The position numbers were made by a program, and so were the translations under genes. Under the pieces are notes generated by a model that was not told the DNA's origin, did not search any database, and was given only the letters and a program-made list of their open reading frames with translations. DNA of 64,000 bases from Eubacteriales bacterium (GTDB lineage: Bacteria; Bacillota; Clostridia; Oscillospirales; CAG-382): NCBI GenBank assembly GCA_041672465.1, contig JBAYZO010000005.1, forward strand, positions 4,686 through 68,685. The letters run 5' to 3'. The stretch's first letter is position 1; each line of letters begins with the position of its first letter. Positions 10,431 through 22,023 of the stretch are shown here, in pieces.

Positions 10431-12497
10431 TTAAACCCCGTCCCCGGTGCCGCTGCCGTCTGTGGTGTCGCTGTGATTTCCGCCGAAATTTTTTTCAGGG
10501 TTTTCGCTATTATTTTCGTCATCGGTATTATGGTTTTCGCCCCGCGCCGGGTTTTGATTTGCCGTGTTGCCGTTTTCCCTTTTTTTGTTTTGGTTTTCGG
10601 CTTGGCTCTTTTTGCGCTTTGCCTCTTTTATCGCCTCAAGCTTTTCAAAAGTCGGGTTTTCCCCGAACACCTCAAGGAACTGCTCGCGGTCCATAACCTC
10701 GTTCTTGACAAGGTAATCGGCTATAAAGTGGAGTTTTTCCATGTTATTCGTGAGTATCTCCTCGGCAATCCCATAGCCTTTGCTTATAATTGCGTGCATC
10801 TCGTCGTCAATTTTGGCGGCGATTTTTTCCGAATAATTTCGGGAGGAGCTGAAATCCTTGCCCAAAAACACCTCGTCATGGCCGGTTCCGAACACAATGG
10901 GGCCGAGCGTTTCGCTCATGCCGTACTGAGTAACCATTTTGCGGGCGATTTCCGTGGCTTTTTGAATATCGTTTGAGGCGCCGCCGGAAATATCGTTGAG
11001 GATAAGCTTTTCCGCCACCCTTCCGCCGAGGAGGACGGCGATTTTCTCAATCATCTCCTGCTTATAAACCGAGTATTTGTCTTCCTGCGGCAGCGATATC
11101 GTATAGCCGAGCGCCATTCCGCTGGGGATTATGGAAACCTGATGGATCTCGTCCTGAGTCGGGAGCAAATGCCCCACAATCGCGTGGCCGCCCTCGTGGT
11201 AAGCGGTCGCCCGCTTTGCCTCTTCTTTGATAACCCGCGAGCGCTTTTGAGGCCCAACCAGCACCTTAATGCTTGCTTCCTCAATGTCTTCCATGCCGAT
11301 GAGGTCCTTGCTCTTCCGCGCCGCCAGCAGCGCCGCCTCGTTCATAAGGTTGGCAAGGTCCGCCCCGGTAAAGCCGCTGGTTGACTTCGCCACCGTTTCA
11401 AGGTCAACGCTGTTTTCAAGCGGTTTGTTTCGAGAGTGAACTTTCAGTATTTCCACCCTGCCCTTGATGTCGGGATAATGCACGGCTATCTGGCGGTCGA
11501 ACCTCCCGGGTCTGAGCAGCGCGGGGTCAAGGATGTCGGGCCTGTTGGTGGCGGCGACTACGATAACGCCGTCGTTAACCCCAAAGCCGTCCATTTCCAC
11601 AAGGAGCTGGTTTAGGGTTTGCTCTCTCTCGTCGTGCCCGCCGCCCCAGCCGGCGCCGCGGTATCTTCCCACCGCGTCGATTTCATCTATAAAAATAATT
11701 GACGGGGCTGTTTTCTTGGCGGTTTCAAATAAGTCCCTGACGCGGGAGGCGCCCACGCCGACATACATTTCAACAAAGTCAGAGCCCGAAATTGAATAAA
11801 ACGGCACCCCCGCCTCTCCGGCGACGGCTTTAGCGAGGAGCGTCTTCCCCGTGCCGGGCGCGCCCACAAGCAGCACCCCGCGGGGGATTTTGGCGCCCAG
11901 CGTTGAAAACTTGCCCGGGTCTTTTAAAAAGTCAACGACTTCTTTAAGTTCTTCTTTTTCCTCATCGGCGCCCGCCACGTCGGAAAACAGCACTTTATGC
12001 TTTTCTTCCGAACCGAGCTTTGTCCGCGCCTTGGAAAATGAGTTCATCCTGCCTCCAAGCCCGCCGCCTATTGTGCCGGAAGACTTTGACTTGCCCGACG
12101 ACTTTGTGATAAACACCCACCAGATTATAACCATTATGACTATAACGATTAAATAAGGCAAAAAAGACACCCACCAAGGCAGGCTGGTAATGGGTTCGTA
12201 GTCATAGGATTTAATAATATCGGGGTGCTGCGACTCGATAAGCTCGTGGAGATCCTCATAAAAAACATCAAAGCTTTTAAGGGCATATTCGGCCTTGGTG
12301 CCGTCTTTCAGCGTCATAATGAGGTTGTTGTCCTGATCAATAACAAACGAGGTGACCTGTTCGTTATTAAAATAGTTGACAACATCGCTGTATTTGAGTT
12401 TTTTGGAAATATTCTGGTTTGCGAACATAGACGCCATAAACACTATGACAAGTATAAATATGACGTAAATAACTACCATTCTGCGGTTGGATTTCAT
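10431..12497 (-). CDS. ftsH: ATP-dependent zinc metalloprotease FtsH
   Basis: Walker A GAPGTGKT, second region of homology, and zinc site HEGGHA. The C-terminal tail is N/E/G-rich and low in complexity. Confidence 0.95.
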   Translation of the reverse strand: MKSNRRMVVIYVIFILVIVFMASMFANQNISKKLKYSDVVNYFNNEQVTSFVIDQDNNLIMTLKDGTKAEYALKSFDVFYEDLHELIESQHPDIIKSYDYEPITSLPWWVSFLPYLIVIVIMVIIWWVFITKSSGKSKSSGTIGGGLGGRMNSFSKARTKLGSEEKHKVLFSDVAGADEEKEELKEVVDFLKDPGKFSTLGAKIPRGVLLVGAPGTGKTLLAKAVAGEAGVPFYSISGSDFVEMYVGVGASRVRDLFETAKKTAPSIIFIDEIDAVGRYRGAGWGGGHDEREQTLNQLLVEMDGFGVNDGVIVVAATNRPDILDPALLRPGRFDRQIAVHYPDIKGRVEILKVHSRNKPLENSVDLETVAKSTSGFTGADLANLMNEAALLAARKSKDLIGMEDIEEASIKVLVGPQKRSRVIKEEAKRATAYHEGGHAIVGHLLPTQDEIHQVSIIPSGMALGYTISLPQEDKYSVYKQEMIEKIAVLLGGRVAEKLILNDISGGASNDIQKATEIARKMVTQYGMSETLGPIVFGTGHDEVFLGKDFSSSRNYSEKIAAKIDDEMHAIISKGYGIAEEILTNNMEKLHFIADYLVKNEVMDREQFLEVFGENPTFEKLEAIKEAKRKKSQAENQNKKRENGNTANQNPARGENHNTDDENNSENPEKNFGGNHSDTTDGSGTGDGV

Positions 12498-12500
12498 TTT

Positions 12501-13919
12501 TTAGCCGTCCTTTTCGGATTTTTCAACGTCGAACTTAAATTTAAAATAAAAAGCAAAAACGCTTTGCCGTTCAGCGCGTTTTGTCTGTTCCGGAGAGCCT
12601 GCCGCAAACTTATCCGCCACTCCGATAAACGGCACGCAAACAATGTCCTCACTTCGGCAAATAACGGGTATTAAATCTCTTATTTCGGCGGGGATTTTTT
12701 TGTTGATGAATTCTTTTTTCAGCGATTTCGTGATACCGCCGATTTTTATTTTATCCCCCGCTTTTCTTGCTCTCGCGTAAACTGTTCCACTAATATTAGC
12801 AGAGCGCAGGGTTATTGTTGTTGAAAATTTGTTAAAATGCTTGAAATTTTTAGAGGGGTTAAAACACACCGAAACCCTGCCGCCCGCAAAGCTGTTTTCG
12901 CCTTTTTCAAGAAGCTTTTCCTCGATTGCCCCCGCTTTGTTTTTAACTGCCTTTTCAGCCTCTTCTACTTTTTGGGTTTCAAAGCGGACGATTCCGTTCC
13001 TTACATTGGCGGCAACCCCGCCCGCAAGGGTAAAAACAGCCGGCTTTGAAGTGTTTTTTAAAGCCGCGAGCGCGATTTTCCGCGAAGTTTTATAGTCAAT
13101 ATAGCCCGGGCAGGATTTCTTTATCTGCCAAATTAGTTTTGTAATGTTTTCAGGCGCGTTTTTACCGGCACAAATGGTTTTGCCCGTCAAATTATTATTT
13201 TGCGCCAAGCTGTCCCGCAGCTCCTTGAAAAAGCTTGTTTCCCTTTCTACGGTATCCAAAAAAGAGGGGTTGATTTCTTTAAGCGCTGGGATAACATAGC
13301 GGCGGATTTTGTTCCGGGAATATTCGGTGGCAGCGTTTGTGGAATCGGTGACATATGTCACGCCGTATTCTTTGGCGTAAGAGGCAATTTCCTCCCTCGA
13401 CGCCCTCAGCAGGGGTCTTATAATATCCCCCCGTTTATAGGGGATGCCGCAAACCCCGTCGAGATAGCCGCCCCGCGTGAGGTTAAAAATCAGCGTTTCG
13501 GCGTTGTCGTCGGCGTTATGGGCGGTGGCGACGGCGTCGAGCGAGTGAAGTTTTTGCAGGGCTTCAAACGCAAAGTAGCGGGCGTTTCTGGCGGCGGACT
13601 CAAGCGAAAGCCCGCCGCTTTCGGCAAGACACGGCACGTTTACTCTCTCAATAAACGCCTCGACGCCGCAAATACCGCATTTCAGCTTTACAAAATCCTC
13701 GTCGCGGTCGGACTCTTCTCCGCGTATCATATGGTTTATATGGAGGGCAAAAAGGCTAAAGCCGTATCTCTTCCTTAACGAGAGCAAAACATCAAACAGC
13801 ACCGCCGAGTCAATCCCGCCGGAAAACGCCAAACCCAGCCGCTTTACGCCGGTCAGCAGGGAATGCTCCTCAATGGTTTTAATGACTTTTAACCTAAGGC
13901 TGTTTTTAGCTTTACTCAT
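12501..13919 (-). CDS. tilS: tRNA(Ile)-lysidine synthase
   Basis: PP-loop SGGIDS. Sits directly upstream of ftsH, as in other Firmicutes. Confidence 0.85.
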   Translation of the reverse strand: MSKAKNSLRLKVIKTIEEHSLLTGVKRLGLAFSGGIDSAVLFDVLLSLRKRYGFSLFALHINHMIRGEESDRDEDFVKLKCGICGVEAFIERVNVPCLAESGGLSLESAARNARYFAFEALQKLHSLDAVATAHNADDNAETLIFNLTRGGYLDGVCGIPYKRGDIIRPLLRASREEIASYAKEYGVTYVTDSTNAATEYSRNKIRRYVIPALKEINPSFLDTVERETSFFKELRDSLAQNNNLTGKTICAGKNAPENITKLIWQIKKSCPGYIDYKTSRKIALAALKNTSKPAVFTLAGGVAANVRNGIVRFETQKVEEAEKAVKNKAGAIEEKLLEKGENSFAGGRVSVCFNPSKNFKHFNKFSTTITLRSANISGTVYARARKAGDKIKIGGITKSLKKEFINKKIPAEIRDLIPVICRSEDIVCVPFIGVADKFAAGSPEQTKRAERQSVFAFYFKFKFDVEKSEKDG

Positions 13920-15255
13920 TGAACCTGTCTTCTAATTGCACATATTTATAATATTGCTTGTGCCACGCGAACATCACGGTGCCTGTTCTGCCGTGCCTGT
14001 TTTTGCCTATAATACATTCGATAATTCCCTGTTCGTCGGGGCTTTCGCCGCCTCCCTCGCTGTCGCTGTCCTTGCGGTAAAGCATCATGACAATGTCGGC
14101 GTCCTGCTCGATAGCCCCCGAATCGCGGAGATCTGACGGCACCGGCCGTTTTTCTTTTACGCCTTTGGGCGGGCGGGAGAGCTGGGAGCAAAGCAAAACG
14201 GGAATCTTCATTTCCCTTGACAACAGCTTAAGCGACCTTGTGAGGTCGGCAATTTCAAGCACTCGGTTGTCGCGGTGGCTCTCGCCCCTCATAAGCTGGA
14301 GATAGTCAATGATTATCATCCCGAGATTTTTAATTCTTCTCACCTTTGAGCGGATTTCCATAACCGACACGTTTGCCGTGTCGTCAAGGTATATCTGCGT
14401 GGAGGACAGAGCGGACGACGCCCGCGCCACTTCCCCCCACTCGTCGCTCGTAAAGGCGGCGCGCATGATGGTGTAGCTGTCAATAAGCGCCTCGGAGGCG
14501 ATAAAGCGGTTTACAATCTCCCGCTTTGACATTTCAATTGAAAAAACGGCAACCGCTTTTTTTGGGTTGGATTTCGCCACATTCGCGGCTATGTTAAGCG
14601 CGAAAGTGGTTTTCCCCACCCCCGGGCGCCCGCCTATTAAGACAAGGCCCCCCTCGTCAAGACCCACGAAAATCCGGTCAAGCTCTTTAAAGCCCATGAC
14701 GGTTTCTTGCCCCTCGCCCGCTTTCGCCGCCAAGAACTGGAGGTGGTCAAAGTTTTCCCTTAAAGTTTCGCTGATATGAGTCAGCCCCGTGCGGAACCTC
14801 TTGTCGGAAATTTCATAAACGCGCTGCTCGGCGTAGTCCACGATTTCGCTGACCTCGCCTTTTTCGGCGAAAGCCATTTCTCTTATATCCGACGAGGCGG
14901 CGATAAGTTCGCGGAGCGTGGCCTTTTCCCTTATTATGCGCGAATATTCCTCAATATTTGTGTTCTCGACGGCAATATCGCAAATTGTCTTGATATATTT
15001 GGCGACGTCAAAATCCGCTCTTCCCTCTTTTGCCTTGACTTCTTCTATGAGCGTGACAAAATCAATTGACCTGCTCTTTAAAAAAAGGCTTTGGATGGCG
15101 GAAAATATCGCCGCGTGGATATCTATGTAAAAGTGTTCTGATTTTAGCTGTTCGCACTTTTCAAGTCCCGCTTGGTCAATTATGATCGCTCCCAAGATCG
15201 CCTGCTCGGCTTGGAGCGAATGGGGCATTTGTCTTATACTTTCGAGTTCCGGCAT
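13912..15255 (-). CDS. dnaB: Replicative DNA helicase DnaB
   Basis: MPHSLQAEQAILGAII, Walker A GGRPGVGKT and IIDYLQLM. Its end overlaps the tilS start by 8 nt. Confidence 0.95.
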   Translation of the reverse strand: MPELESIRQMPHSLQAEQAILGAIIIDQAGLEKCEQLKSEHFYIDIHAAIFSAIQSLFLKSRSIDFVTLIEEVKAKEGRADFDVAKYIKTICDIAVENTNIEEYSRIIREKATLRELIAASSDIREMAFAEKGEVSEIVDYAEQRVYEISDKRFRTGLTHISETLRENFDHLQFLAAKAGEGQETVMGFKELDRIFVGLDEGGLVLIGGRPGVGKTTFALNIAANVAKSNPKKAVAVFSIEMSKREIVNRFIASEALIDSYTIMRAAFTSDEWGEVARASSALSSTQIYLDDTANVSVMEIRSKVRRIKNLGMIIIDYLQLMRGESHRDNRVLEIADLTRSLKLLSREMKIPVLLCSQLSRPPKGVKEKRPVPSDLRDSGAIEQDADIVMMLYRKDSDSEGGGESPDEQGIIECIIGKNRHGRTGTVMFAWHKQYYKYVQLEDRFNE

Positions 15256-15266
15256 TAAAAACCCAC

Positions 15267-15710
15267 CTAACTTTCAACCACAAGCTTTATTTTAGCTTGA
15301 ATTTCGGGGTAAAGCTTTACGGTAATGGAATATTCGCCGGCGGTTTTAATGGTTTCGGCAATGGCTATCTTTTTTTTGTCTATGTCAAGCCCAAGAGAAT
15401 CTTTAATTTTTTCCGAAACATCCTTGCCGGTAACGGCGGAATAAAGCCTGCCGTCGGCTCCCCCCGTGGTTTTATAGACCAAAACTACCCCCTCAAGCGT
15501 TTCTTTAAGTACAAGGGCGGCCTGTTTTTCTTTTGATTTTCTAAACCCCTCGGCCTCTTTTTGGGTTTTTATATCGTTAATAAGCTGCGCGCTCGCCTCT
15601 CTGGCAAGATTCCTCGGGAAGAGAAAGTTGGCGGCGTAGCCGTCCGCGACATTTACCACGTCGCCCTTTTTGCCCTTGCCCTTTACGTCCTCAAGCAGTA
15701 TAACCTTCAT
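15267..15710 (-). CDS. rplI: 50S ribosomal protein L9
   Basis: [32 protein letters not shown]. Confidence 0.95.
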   Translation of the reverse strand: MKVILLEDVKGKGKKGDVVNVADGYAANFLFPRNLAREASAQLINDIKTQKEAEGFRKSKEKQAALVLKETLEGVVLVYKTTGGADGRLYSAVTGKDVSEKIKDSLGLDIDKKKIAIAETIKTAGEYSITVKLYPEIQAKIKLVVES

Positions 15711-15736
15711 GGCGCCCTCCCTATATGTTATATATT

Positions 15737-17728
15737 TTACTCTTCTTTCCCGGAATAACCTATAATCGCCTCTCTCAGCATTATAAGCGCCTGTTTCATT
15801 GACACGCCCGTGAGTTTTGCGCCGGCCGAGTCAAAATGGCCGCCGCCCTTTAATTTTTCAAGTATGAGCGATACGTTTACGCTTCCGTCGCTGCGGGCGG
15901 AAATATGTATTTCGTCATCTACGAGAGAAAGGGTGAAAGAGGCTTTTATCCCCTCGATTTGCAGCATTCTTTCGGCCGCCTGCGCCGCGATAACGCGGTT
16001 TTCGGAGGCGTTGTCAAGCTCGTATTGGGTAATGGCGTAAGTTCGCCTGAAAATCACTATGTTTCGCTCAAACTCCGCGAGCTTTTTAAATTCGCCAAGC
16101 CCGTACTTGAACACCGACTGCGCCTTGCCCGTGTTCGCGCCCTCGCCCCGCAGATAAACCGCCGCCGAAAACGTGCGTATCCCCACGTTGCGGCTGAAGT
16201 TTTGGGTGTCAAGCAAAATCCCCGCCAAGAGGAGTTCCGCCTCCTCTTTGTAAAGGGTGTTGGGGGGGAGGACAAGCTCCAATATCTCGCTCACCAGCTC
16301 GCTCGCCGACGACGCGGTGGGCTCGATATAAGAAATGGCGTGCTTTTTGCCGAACTCCTGTAGCTGTCTGTGGTGGTCGACAATCACAATGTGCTCGGCC
16401 TTGGCGTAAATTTCGGGAGATTCAAAAATCTTCTCGTTATTGACGTCGGCGATAATCACAAGCGTATTAGGGGTGAGAAGTTCCTGCCCGTAAATTTTGT
16501 CAACAAACACGTTTTCATAGTCCTTGATACCCGAGAGCATGGCGGAAGTGGTTTTAAACGAGAAATTTGTAAAATCGGTTATGATTTTAACGTCTTTGCC
16601 GAAGTGGAGCGCCAGCCGCGCCATTCCCACCGCCGAGGCGAGAGCGTCGAAATCCGGGTTGATATGCCCCATTATCAGCACGTTTTGCGATTTGTTTATA
16701 AGATCGACAAGCTGGGTAGCCACCATTCGCGATTTAATTTTTGTCCGCTTTTGAACCGCCTTTGTCTTCCCGCCGAAGAAGTCGCTGTCTGTTCTCGTCT
16801 TGATAACCGCCTGCGCGCCCCCCCGCTGGAGAGCGAGCTGAAGCGAGTTTTTAGCCGCCTCTTCTTTTTCGGTAAGGCTGCCGTCAATCCGCGCCACGCC
16901 CAGCGAGATTGTGAGCGGGAGCGTTTCGTCGTCGCCGGAGAGCATATACACTTTGTCAAGAATGTCAAACTTCGCGTCTATCTGGTCTTCGAGATACCGC
17001 TCCTCAAAGAAAATAATATATTTGTCCCGCTCGTACTCTTTAATTATTCCCCTCATTCCCCCGACCCAATCGGTCAGAATATCGGCTATCTTAGCCGAAA
17101 ACTGGCGGTAGCGGTCTTGGATCCCCTGCGAGATTTCAGAAATATTGTCGACCACCGCGTACCCCACAAGCACGTTGGAATTTATATGCTCGTCGAGAAG
17201 ATTTTGGAGTTCGGTGATATCATACCACAAAAACAAATAAAAATCCTGCTTTGAAGTTTGTATGACATGCGGGTAAACGTCGTAGGCCTTGTGCTCGAGC
17301 GTAACGCGAAAGCATTTGCCGCCGGACTTTTTAAGTTCCAGCGCCTTTTCCACCGTAAACCCGCCGTCGCCGACATATTTTGCCTGTTCGCCGATTTTGA
17401 ACTTGCTTTCGGGGTAAACTTCCTCAAGCGCCTCGTTAAACCACGCGATATGGCCGTTTTGCCCGCAGAGCAAAATCGGCAGCTCAAGCGACGCCAAAAG
17501 GTCAAAGGTGTGAGAGGCGAGAGACTTCCCCGCCAAATGTTTTTTCGCGTCCTCCGAGCCGAAGTAAGTATAGGTAAAGGCATAGACGATATAGCAAAAA
17601 ACCACCGCGAGCGAAAACACCCCCGCCCTTGCGCTGAACACAAAAGCGATAGCGCAGAGCGCGGCCATAAAAGCGGCGCTTATAACAAAGGTGAAGAGGT
17701 TTTGCCTAAGCAGATTTTTAGATTTCAT
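15737..17728 (-). CDS. gdpP: GdpP/YybT-type cyclic-di-AMP phosphodiesterase (2 TM, PAS-like, degenerate GGDEF, DHH/DHHA1)
   Basis: DHH motif IVDHHR and DHHA1 motif GGGH. Conserved yybT-rplI-dnaB gene order. Confidence 0.85.
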   Translation of the reverse strand: MKSKNLLRQNLFTFVISAAFMAALCAIAFVFSARAGVFSLAVVFCYIVYAFTYTYFGSEDAKKHLAGKSLASHTFDLLASLELPILLCGQNGHIAWFNEALEEVYPESKFKIGEQAKYVGDGGFTVEKALELKKSGGKCFRVTLEHKAYDVYPHVIQTSKQDFYLFLWYDITELQNLLDEHINSNVLVGYAVVDNISEISQGIQDRYRQFSAKIADILTDWVGGMRGIIKEYERDKYIIFFEERYLEDQIDAKFDILDKVYMLSGDDETLPLTISLGVARIDGSLTEKEEAAKNSLQLALQRGGAQAVIKTRTDSDFFGGKTKAVQKRTKIKSRMVATQLVDLINKSQNVLIMGHINPDFDALASAVGMARLALHFGKDVKIITDFTNFSFKTTSAMLSGIKDYENVFVDKIYGQELLTPNTLVIIADVNNEKIFESPEIYAKAEHIVIVDHHRQLQEFGKKHAISYIEPTASSASELVSEILELVLPPNTLYKEEAELLLAGILLDTQNFSRNVGIRTFSAAVYLRGEGANTGKAQSVFKYGLGEFKKLAEFERNIVIFRRTYAITQYELDNASENRVIAAQAAERMLQIEGIKASFTLSLVDDEIHISARSDGSVNVSLILEKLKGGGHFDSAGAKLTGVSMKQALIMLREAIIGYSGKEE

Positions 17729-17773
17729 AGTCCCCCCTAAAGGGTTTTATTTAAGTTTTACCGCACATTTCAT

Positions 17774-19966
17774 TCAACCCTCAAAATTGCTCCCCGCGGA
17801 GGGCAGGCTTGATTTTCTGTACCGGCTTTCTTTTTGAAGAGGCGAGTTTTGCTTGTCGTATTTTACGGCTGTCAAAACCTTTTGCCCCGCTTTAAGCGAC
17901 ATAGCCGCGACGCCCTGCGAAGTCCGCGTCTGTTTTAGCGAGACGGCTTTTTCTCTTAGCAAAAGCGCTCTTCCCGCGTCGGAGATAAGCAAAAACTCGT
18001 CGCCGGGGGAAACAAAAAAAGCGTTTATAAGCGGCGACCCGTCCCAGAAAGCGGCTTTTAACTTTTTTCGGTTGGTTTTTGTCTCATAAACCAAAACCGG
18101 CAGCTTTACGGCTCTTCCGTTTTCAAAAAACAAGATAAATTCCCCGCCGAAATCGTTTGTGCAGAACGCCGCGATAACTCTTTCGCCCGGCTCGAAAGCA
18201 AGCTTGGCGGGTATAAAGTCGCCCAGCGCGCTGGCTTTTGTGTCGTCAAAATCGTAAAGCTTTGATTTATAAATCTGGGCGGAGCTTGTGAAAAACAGCG
18301 CTTCGGCGCGGTTTGTGGTTTCCTGTGAGAAAAACAGCTCGTCGTTTTCTTTAAACTTCTGGGTGTCGCTCCCCCGAAGAGAGGCGGCGGTGCATTTTTT
18401 AAAATACCCCTCTTTGGATAAAAACACGGTTACCGGGTAATCCTCGGGCTCGTCCTCCGCGTCCGTCTCGCCGCTGTCATACTCATAAAGGACGGCGGTT
18501 TTGCGCGGGGAAGCGTGTTTCGCCTTAATTTCGTCGAGTTGCTTAATAATATATTTTCTGATTTTCGCCTCGCTCATTATAAGCGAATACAGCTCGGCGA
18601 TATCTTTTTCAAGCGCTTTAATCTCTTTGGTTTTTTCAATAATATAGTCTTTGTTAAGGTTTCTGAGTTTTATATTGGCGATAAACTCCGCCTGCGCCTC
18701 GTCGATCGAAAACGCCGCCATAAGGTCGGGGACCACCCTGCCGTCGTTTTCCGCCCGCCTTATAACCGCAATCGCCTTGTCAATGTCAAGGAGTATTTTC
18801 TCAAGCCCCAACAGAAGGTGGAGCTTTTCTTTTTTGCTCCCCCAGTCATGGGTGAAGACCCTTCTGAGCGACTCAACGCGGAACGCCGACCATTCCTCTA
18901 TAATTTCGGGTATGCCGAGAGTTTTGGGCGACCCGCCGACAAGCACGTTGAAGTTACAGGAAAAAGTGTCCTCCAGCGGAGTTGACTTCATAAGCCTCGC
19001 CATAATTTTTTCCGGGGAGGCGGATTTCTTAAGGTCAATGGCAAGCCTTAGCCCGTTTATGTCTATTTCATCCCTGACATCGGTTATATCCCTGACCTTG
19101 CCGTCTTTGGCGAGCTTTACAATGGCGTCTTTTATTTTTTCCACCGTTGTGGTATAGGGAATTTCGGTAACTTCCACCCTTGAGGCTTGCTTGTCGATGC
19201 GGTATTTTGCGCGGAGCTTAAGCGTTCCCTTGCCGGTTTTATATATTTCAAGCATTTTTTGCCTGTCGTAAAGCAGCTTCGCCCCGGTAGAAAAATCAGG
19301 CGAGATAAGAATTTCAAGCATCTCGTCATCTGTGAGCCTGCCGTTTTTAAGGTAAAGGGAAGTCAAATCGCAAACTTCCGCTAAGTTAAACGAACAAATA
19401 TTGCTGGCAAGCCCCACCGCGATTCCCGAGTTGGGCGAAACAAGTATATTCGGGAACGCCGTGGGAAGCAGCACCGGCTCGGTCTGGGTGTGGTCGTAGT
19501 TGTCTATAAAGTCAACGGCGTCCTTTTCAATTCCGCCGAATATATATTCGCAAATTTTATTCAGCCTGACTTCCGTATAGCGCGAGGCGGCGAAAGCCAT
19601 ATCGGAATACTGCTTGCCGAAAATTCCTTTTGACGTGATAAACGGGTGCAAAAGCGACTCCTTGCCCGTGGTCAGCCTTACAAGGGTTTCATATATCGCC
19701 ATGTCGCCATGGGGGTTGAGCCGCATGGTCGCCCCCACCACGTTTGCCGATTTTGTGTTCTGCCCCCCCATAAGCCCCATTTTATACATCGTGTAGAGCA
19801 GTTTCCGGTGCGAGGGCTTAAGCCCGTCTATTTCGGGTATTGCCCGCGCCACGATGCACGACATTGCGTAGGGCATATAGTTGGTTTCCAAAACGTCGGA
19901 AATTTCACTGATTTCTATTTCCGCTTCTTTTTGCGGCTTTATATTCAATTTTCTTTTATGCGCCAT
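17774..19966 (-). CDS. parC: Type IIA DNA topoisomerase subunit A (ParC/GyrA-like)
   Basis: YMPYAMSCIVARAIPEIDGLKPSHRKLLY, PHGD, and active-site AASRYTE. Assigning it to ParC rather than a second GyrA is an inference. An alternative GTG start lies at 19975. Confidence 0.75.
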   Translation of the reverse strand: MAHKRKLNIKPQKEAEIEISEISDVLETNYMPYAMSCIVARAIPEIDGLKPSHRKLLYTMYKMGLMGGQNTKSANVVGATMRLNPHGDMAIYETLVRLTTGKESLLHPFITSKGIFGKQYSDMAFAASRYTEVRLNKICEYIFGGIEKDAVDFIDNYDHTQTEPVLLPTAFPNILVSPNSGIAVGLASNICSFNLAEVCDLTSLYLKNGRLTDDEMLEILISPDFSTGAKLLYDRQKMLEIYKTGKGTLKLRAKYRIDKQASRVEVTEIPYTTTVEKIKDAIVKLAKDGKVRDITDVRDEIDINGLRLAIDLKKSASPEKIMARLMKSTPLEDTFSCNFNVLVGGSPKTLGIPEIIEEWSAFRVESLRRVFTHDWGSKKEKLHLLLGLEKILLDIDKAIAVIRRAENDGRVVPDLMAAFSIDEAQAEFIANIKLRNLNKDYIIEKTKEIKALEKDIAELYSLIMSEAKIRKYIIKQLDEIKAKHASPRKTAVLYEYDSGETDAEDEPEDYPVTVFLSKEGYFKKCTAASLRGSDTQKFKENDELFFSQETTNRAEALFFTSSAQIYKSKLYDFDDTKASALGDFIPAKLAFEPGERVIAAFCTNDFGGEFILFFENGRAVKLPVLVYETKTNRKKLKAAFWDGSPLINAFFVSPGDEFLLISDAGRALLLREKAVSLKQTRTSQGVAAMSLKAGQKVLTAVKYDKQNSPLQKESRYRKSSLPSAGSNFEG

Positions 19967-20005
19967 AAAAGTCACTTTCTGTTAAAATTATTGGGGCGGC
20001 GGGGT

Positions 20006-21985
20006 TTAAATATCGGCCAGCGGCAGATATCTCGCGCCGTGTTTTGTGATAAATTCCTTTCTCTGCGCCACGTTTTCACCGAGAAGGGTGTCAAACATAA
20101 GGCGCGAGGCGCGCTCGTCCTCAAGCGTCACGCGGGTGAGCCGCCTTGTGGCGGGCGACATTGTGGTTTTGCTCATCATTGCCGGGTCGTTTTCGCCAAG
20201 CCCCTTTGAGCGCAGCAATGTGTATTTTTCGCCCTTAAGGCGGTTTATCACGCTTGCTTTTTCTTTTTCGTCATAGGCGAAATAGCTCTCGTTCTTTGTT
20301 CTGATCTCATAAAGCGGGGTTTGCGCGATATAAACAAGCCCCTCGCGGATAAGCGACGGAAGCAGCCTGAAAAGCATGGTGAGGATAAGCGCCCGTATGT
20401 GGTAGCCGTCCTCGTCGGCGTCGGTGCAGATGATGATTTTGCTCCAGCGAAGCGCCGGGCGGTTGTAGGTCTTTGTTACCCTGCCGGCTTTCCCCCCCAT
20501 TTCAATTCCGCAGCCGATAACCTTAATGAGGTCGGTTATAATATCATTGGCGAGAATTTTGTCATATGTCGCCTTTAGGCAGTTAAAAGTCTTTCCCCGC
20601 ACGGGGATAATAGCCTGAAATTCGGCGCTTCTCGCCAGTTTGCAGCTTGACAGCGCGGAATCGCCCTCGACAATATAAAGCTCGCACTTGTTTTTGTCTT
20701 TGAGCCGGCAGTTGACAAACTTGTCCACCGTATTGTTAAGGTCAAGCGATGAGGTGAGCTGCTTTTTAACGTTTTTTCTAATGCTTTCGCTCTCCTCGCG
20801 GGAACGCTTGTTGACCAGCACCTGCGAAGTTATCCTTTCGGCCGACTGAGGGTTTTCCAAAAAGTAAACCTCAAGCGAATGCTTTAAAAATTCCGTCATC
20901 GCCTCGGCTATAAAGGGGTTGTTGACCGCTTTTTTTGTCTGATTTGCGTATGACGCTTGGGTTGAGAAGGTGTTTGACACAAAAACCAAGCAGTCCTCAA
21001 TGTCCGAAAAAGTAATTTTGGTCTCTTTTGCCTTGTATTTTCCGTTTGACCTTAGATATCTGTCGATAACCCCGGTAAACGACGATTTGAGCGATTTTTC
21101 CGGCGAGCCGCCGTGTTCCAAAAACGAGGCGTTGTGATAATACTCAATCATCGGCGTCTCGTTTGAAAAGCAAAAAGCAAAGTTTATCTTAAGCTTGTAG
21201 TCTTCTTTGTCCGCCCTGTCGCGTCCCTCCCGCTCGGCGGAGTAAAAAACCGGCTCCGTCAGGTAGTTTTCCCCCACTGTCTCGCGTATATAGTCCGAAA
21301 TGCCGTTTGGGTAAAGGTATTCGGACGAGTCAAAACCGCCGTCCTCGCGCTCGAACAAAAGTTTCAGCACAAGCCCTTCGTTGACCACCGCTTGTTTTTT
21401 CAGCGTGGTATGGAAATACTCTTTTGATATGTCAACGTCCGTAAAAACCTCAAGGTCGGGTTTCCAAGCCACGACAGTGCCGGTTTTATTTTTAGGGCAG
21501 GGTTCGCTTAGAAGTTCTGTGACCGCTTTCCCTTTGCGGAAAGAAATTGAGTACTTTACCCCTTTTGAATAGGCGGTGACATCCATATATTCGGACGCGT
21601 ACTGGGTGGCGCAGGCGCCGAGCCCGTTAAGCCCGAGCGAAAACTCATATGCCCCGCCCGAAGTGTTGTGGTATTTGCCGCCGGCGTAGAGTTCGCAGTA
21701 GACGAGTTCCCAGTTGTAGCGCCCCTCTTTTTCGTTCCAGTCAAGGGGAACCCCCCGGCCGAAATCCTCCACCAAAAGCGATTTATCTCTTTTAACCGTT
21801 ACGTTTATCTGTTTCCCGAAGCCCTCTCTGTATTCGTCTATTGAGTTTGACAAAATTTCAAAAAAAGAGTGCTCGCAACCCTCAATTCCGTCCGAGCCGA
21901 AAATAACCGCGGGACGTTTTCTGACGCGGTCTTCGCCTTTTAAAGAGGATATGCTCTGTTCGTTGTATTCCTGTTTCTTTGCCAC
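20006..21985 (-). CDS. parE: Type IIA DNA topoisomerase subunit B (ParE/GyrB-like)
   Basis: GHKL ATPase N-terminus, TOPRIM YIVEGDSA, and PVRGK. Confidence 0.75.
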   Translation of the reverse strand: MAKKQEYNEQSISSLKGEDRVRKRPAVIFGSDGIEGCEHSFFEILSNSIDEYREGFGKQINVTVKRDKSLLVEDFGRGVPLDWNEKEGRYNWELVYCELYAGGKYHNTSGGAYEFSLGLNGLGACATQYASEYMDVTAYSKGVKYSISFRKGKAVTELLSEPCPKNKTGTVVAWKPDLEVFTDVDISKEYFHTTLKKQAVVNEGLVLKLLFEREDGGFDSSEYLYPNGISDYIRETVGENYLTEPVFYSAEREGRDRADKEDYKLKINFAFCFSNETPMIEYYHNASFLEHGGSPEKSLKSSFTGVIDRYLRSNGKYKAKETKITFSDIEDCLVFVSNTFSTQASYANQTKKAVNNPFIAEAMTEFLKHSLEVYFLENPQSAERITSQVLVNKRSREESESIRKNVKKQLTSSLDLNNTVDKFVNCRLKDKNKCELYIVEGDSALSSCKLARSAEFQAIIPVRGKTFNCLKATYDKILANDIITDLIKVIGCGIEMGGKAGRVTKTYNRPALRWSKIIICTDADEDGYHIRALILTMLFRLLPSLIREGLVYIAQTPLYEIRTKNESYFAYDEKEKASVINRLKGEKYTLLRSKGLGENDPAMMSKTTMSPATRRLTRVTLEDERASRLMFDTLLGENVAQRKEFITKHGARYLPLADI

Positions 21986-22023
21986 TCTTTCCTCCGTAAT
22001 TTCTTTTGATTTGCCGATTTGCT

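Noticed and set aside
16370-17254. Long antisense shadow ORFs: 294 aa opposite gdpP, 318 aa at 57831-58787, 205 aa at 61759-62376, 186 aa at 9453-10013 and 189 aa at 33863-34432.
   Set aside because: Each lies fully inside a gene with clear family motifs on the other strand. They have R/G/V/F-rich composition and no RBS or recognisable motifs. This is typical of mirror-frame ORFs in mid-GC DNA.
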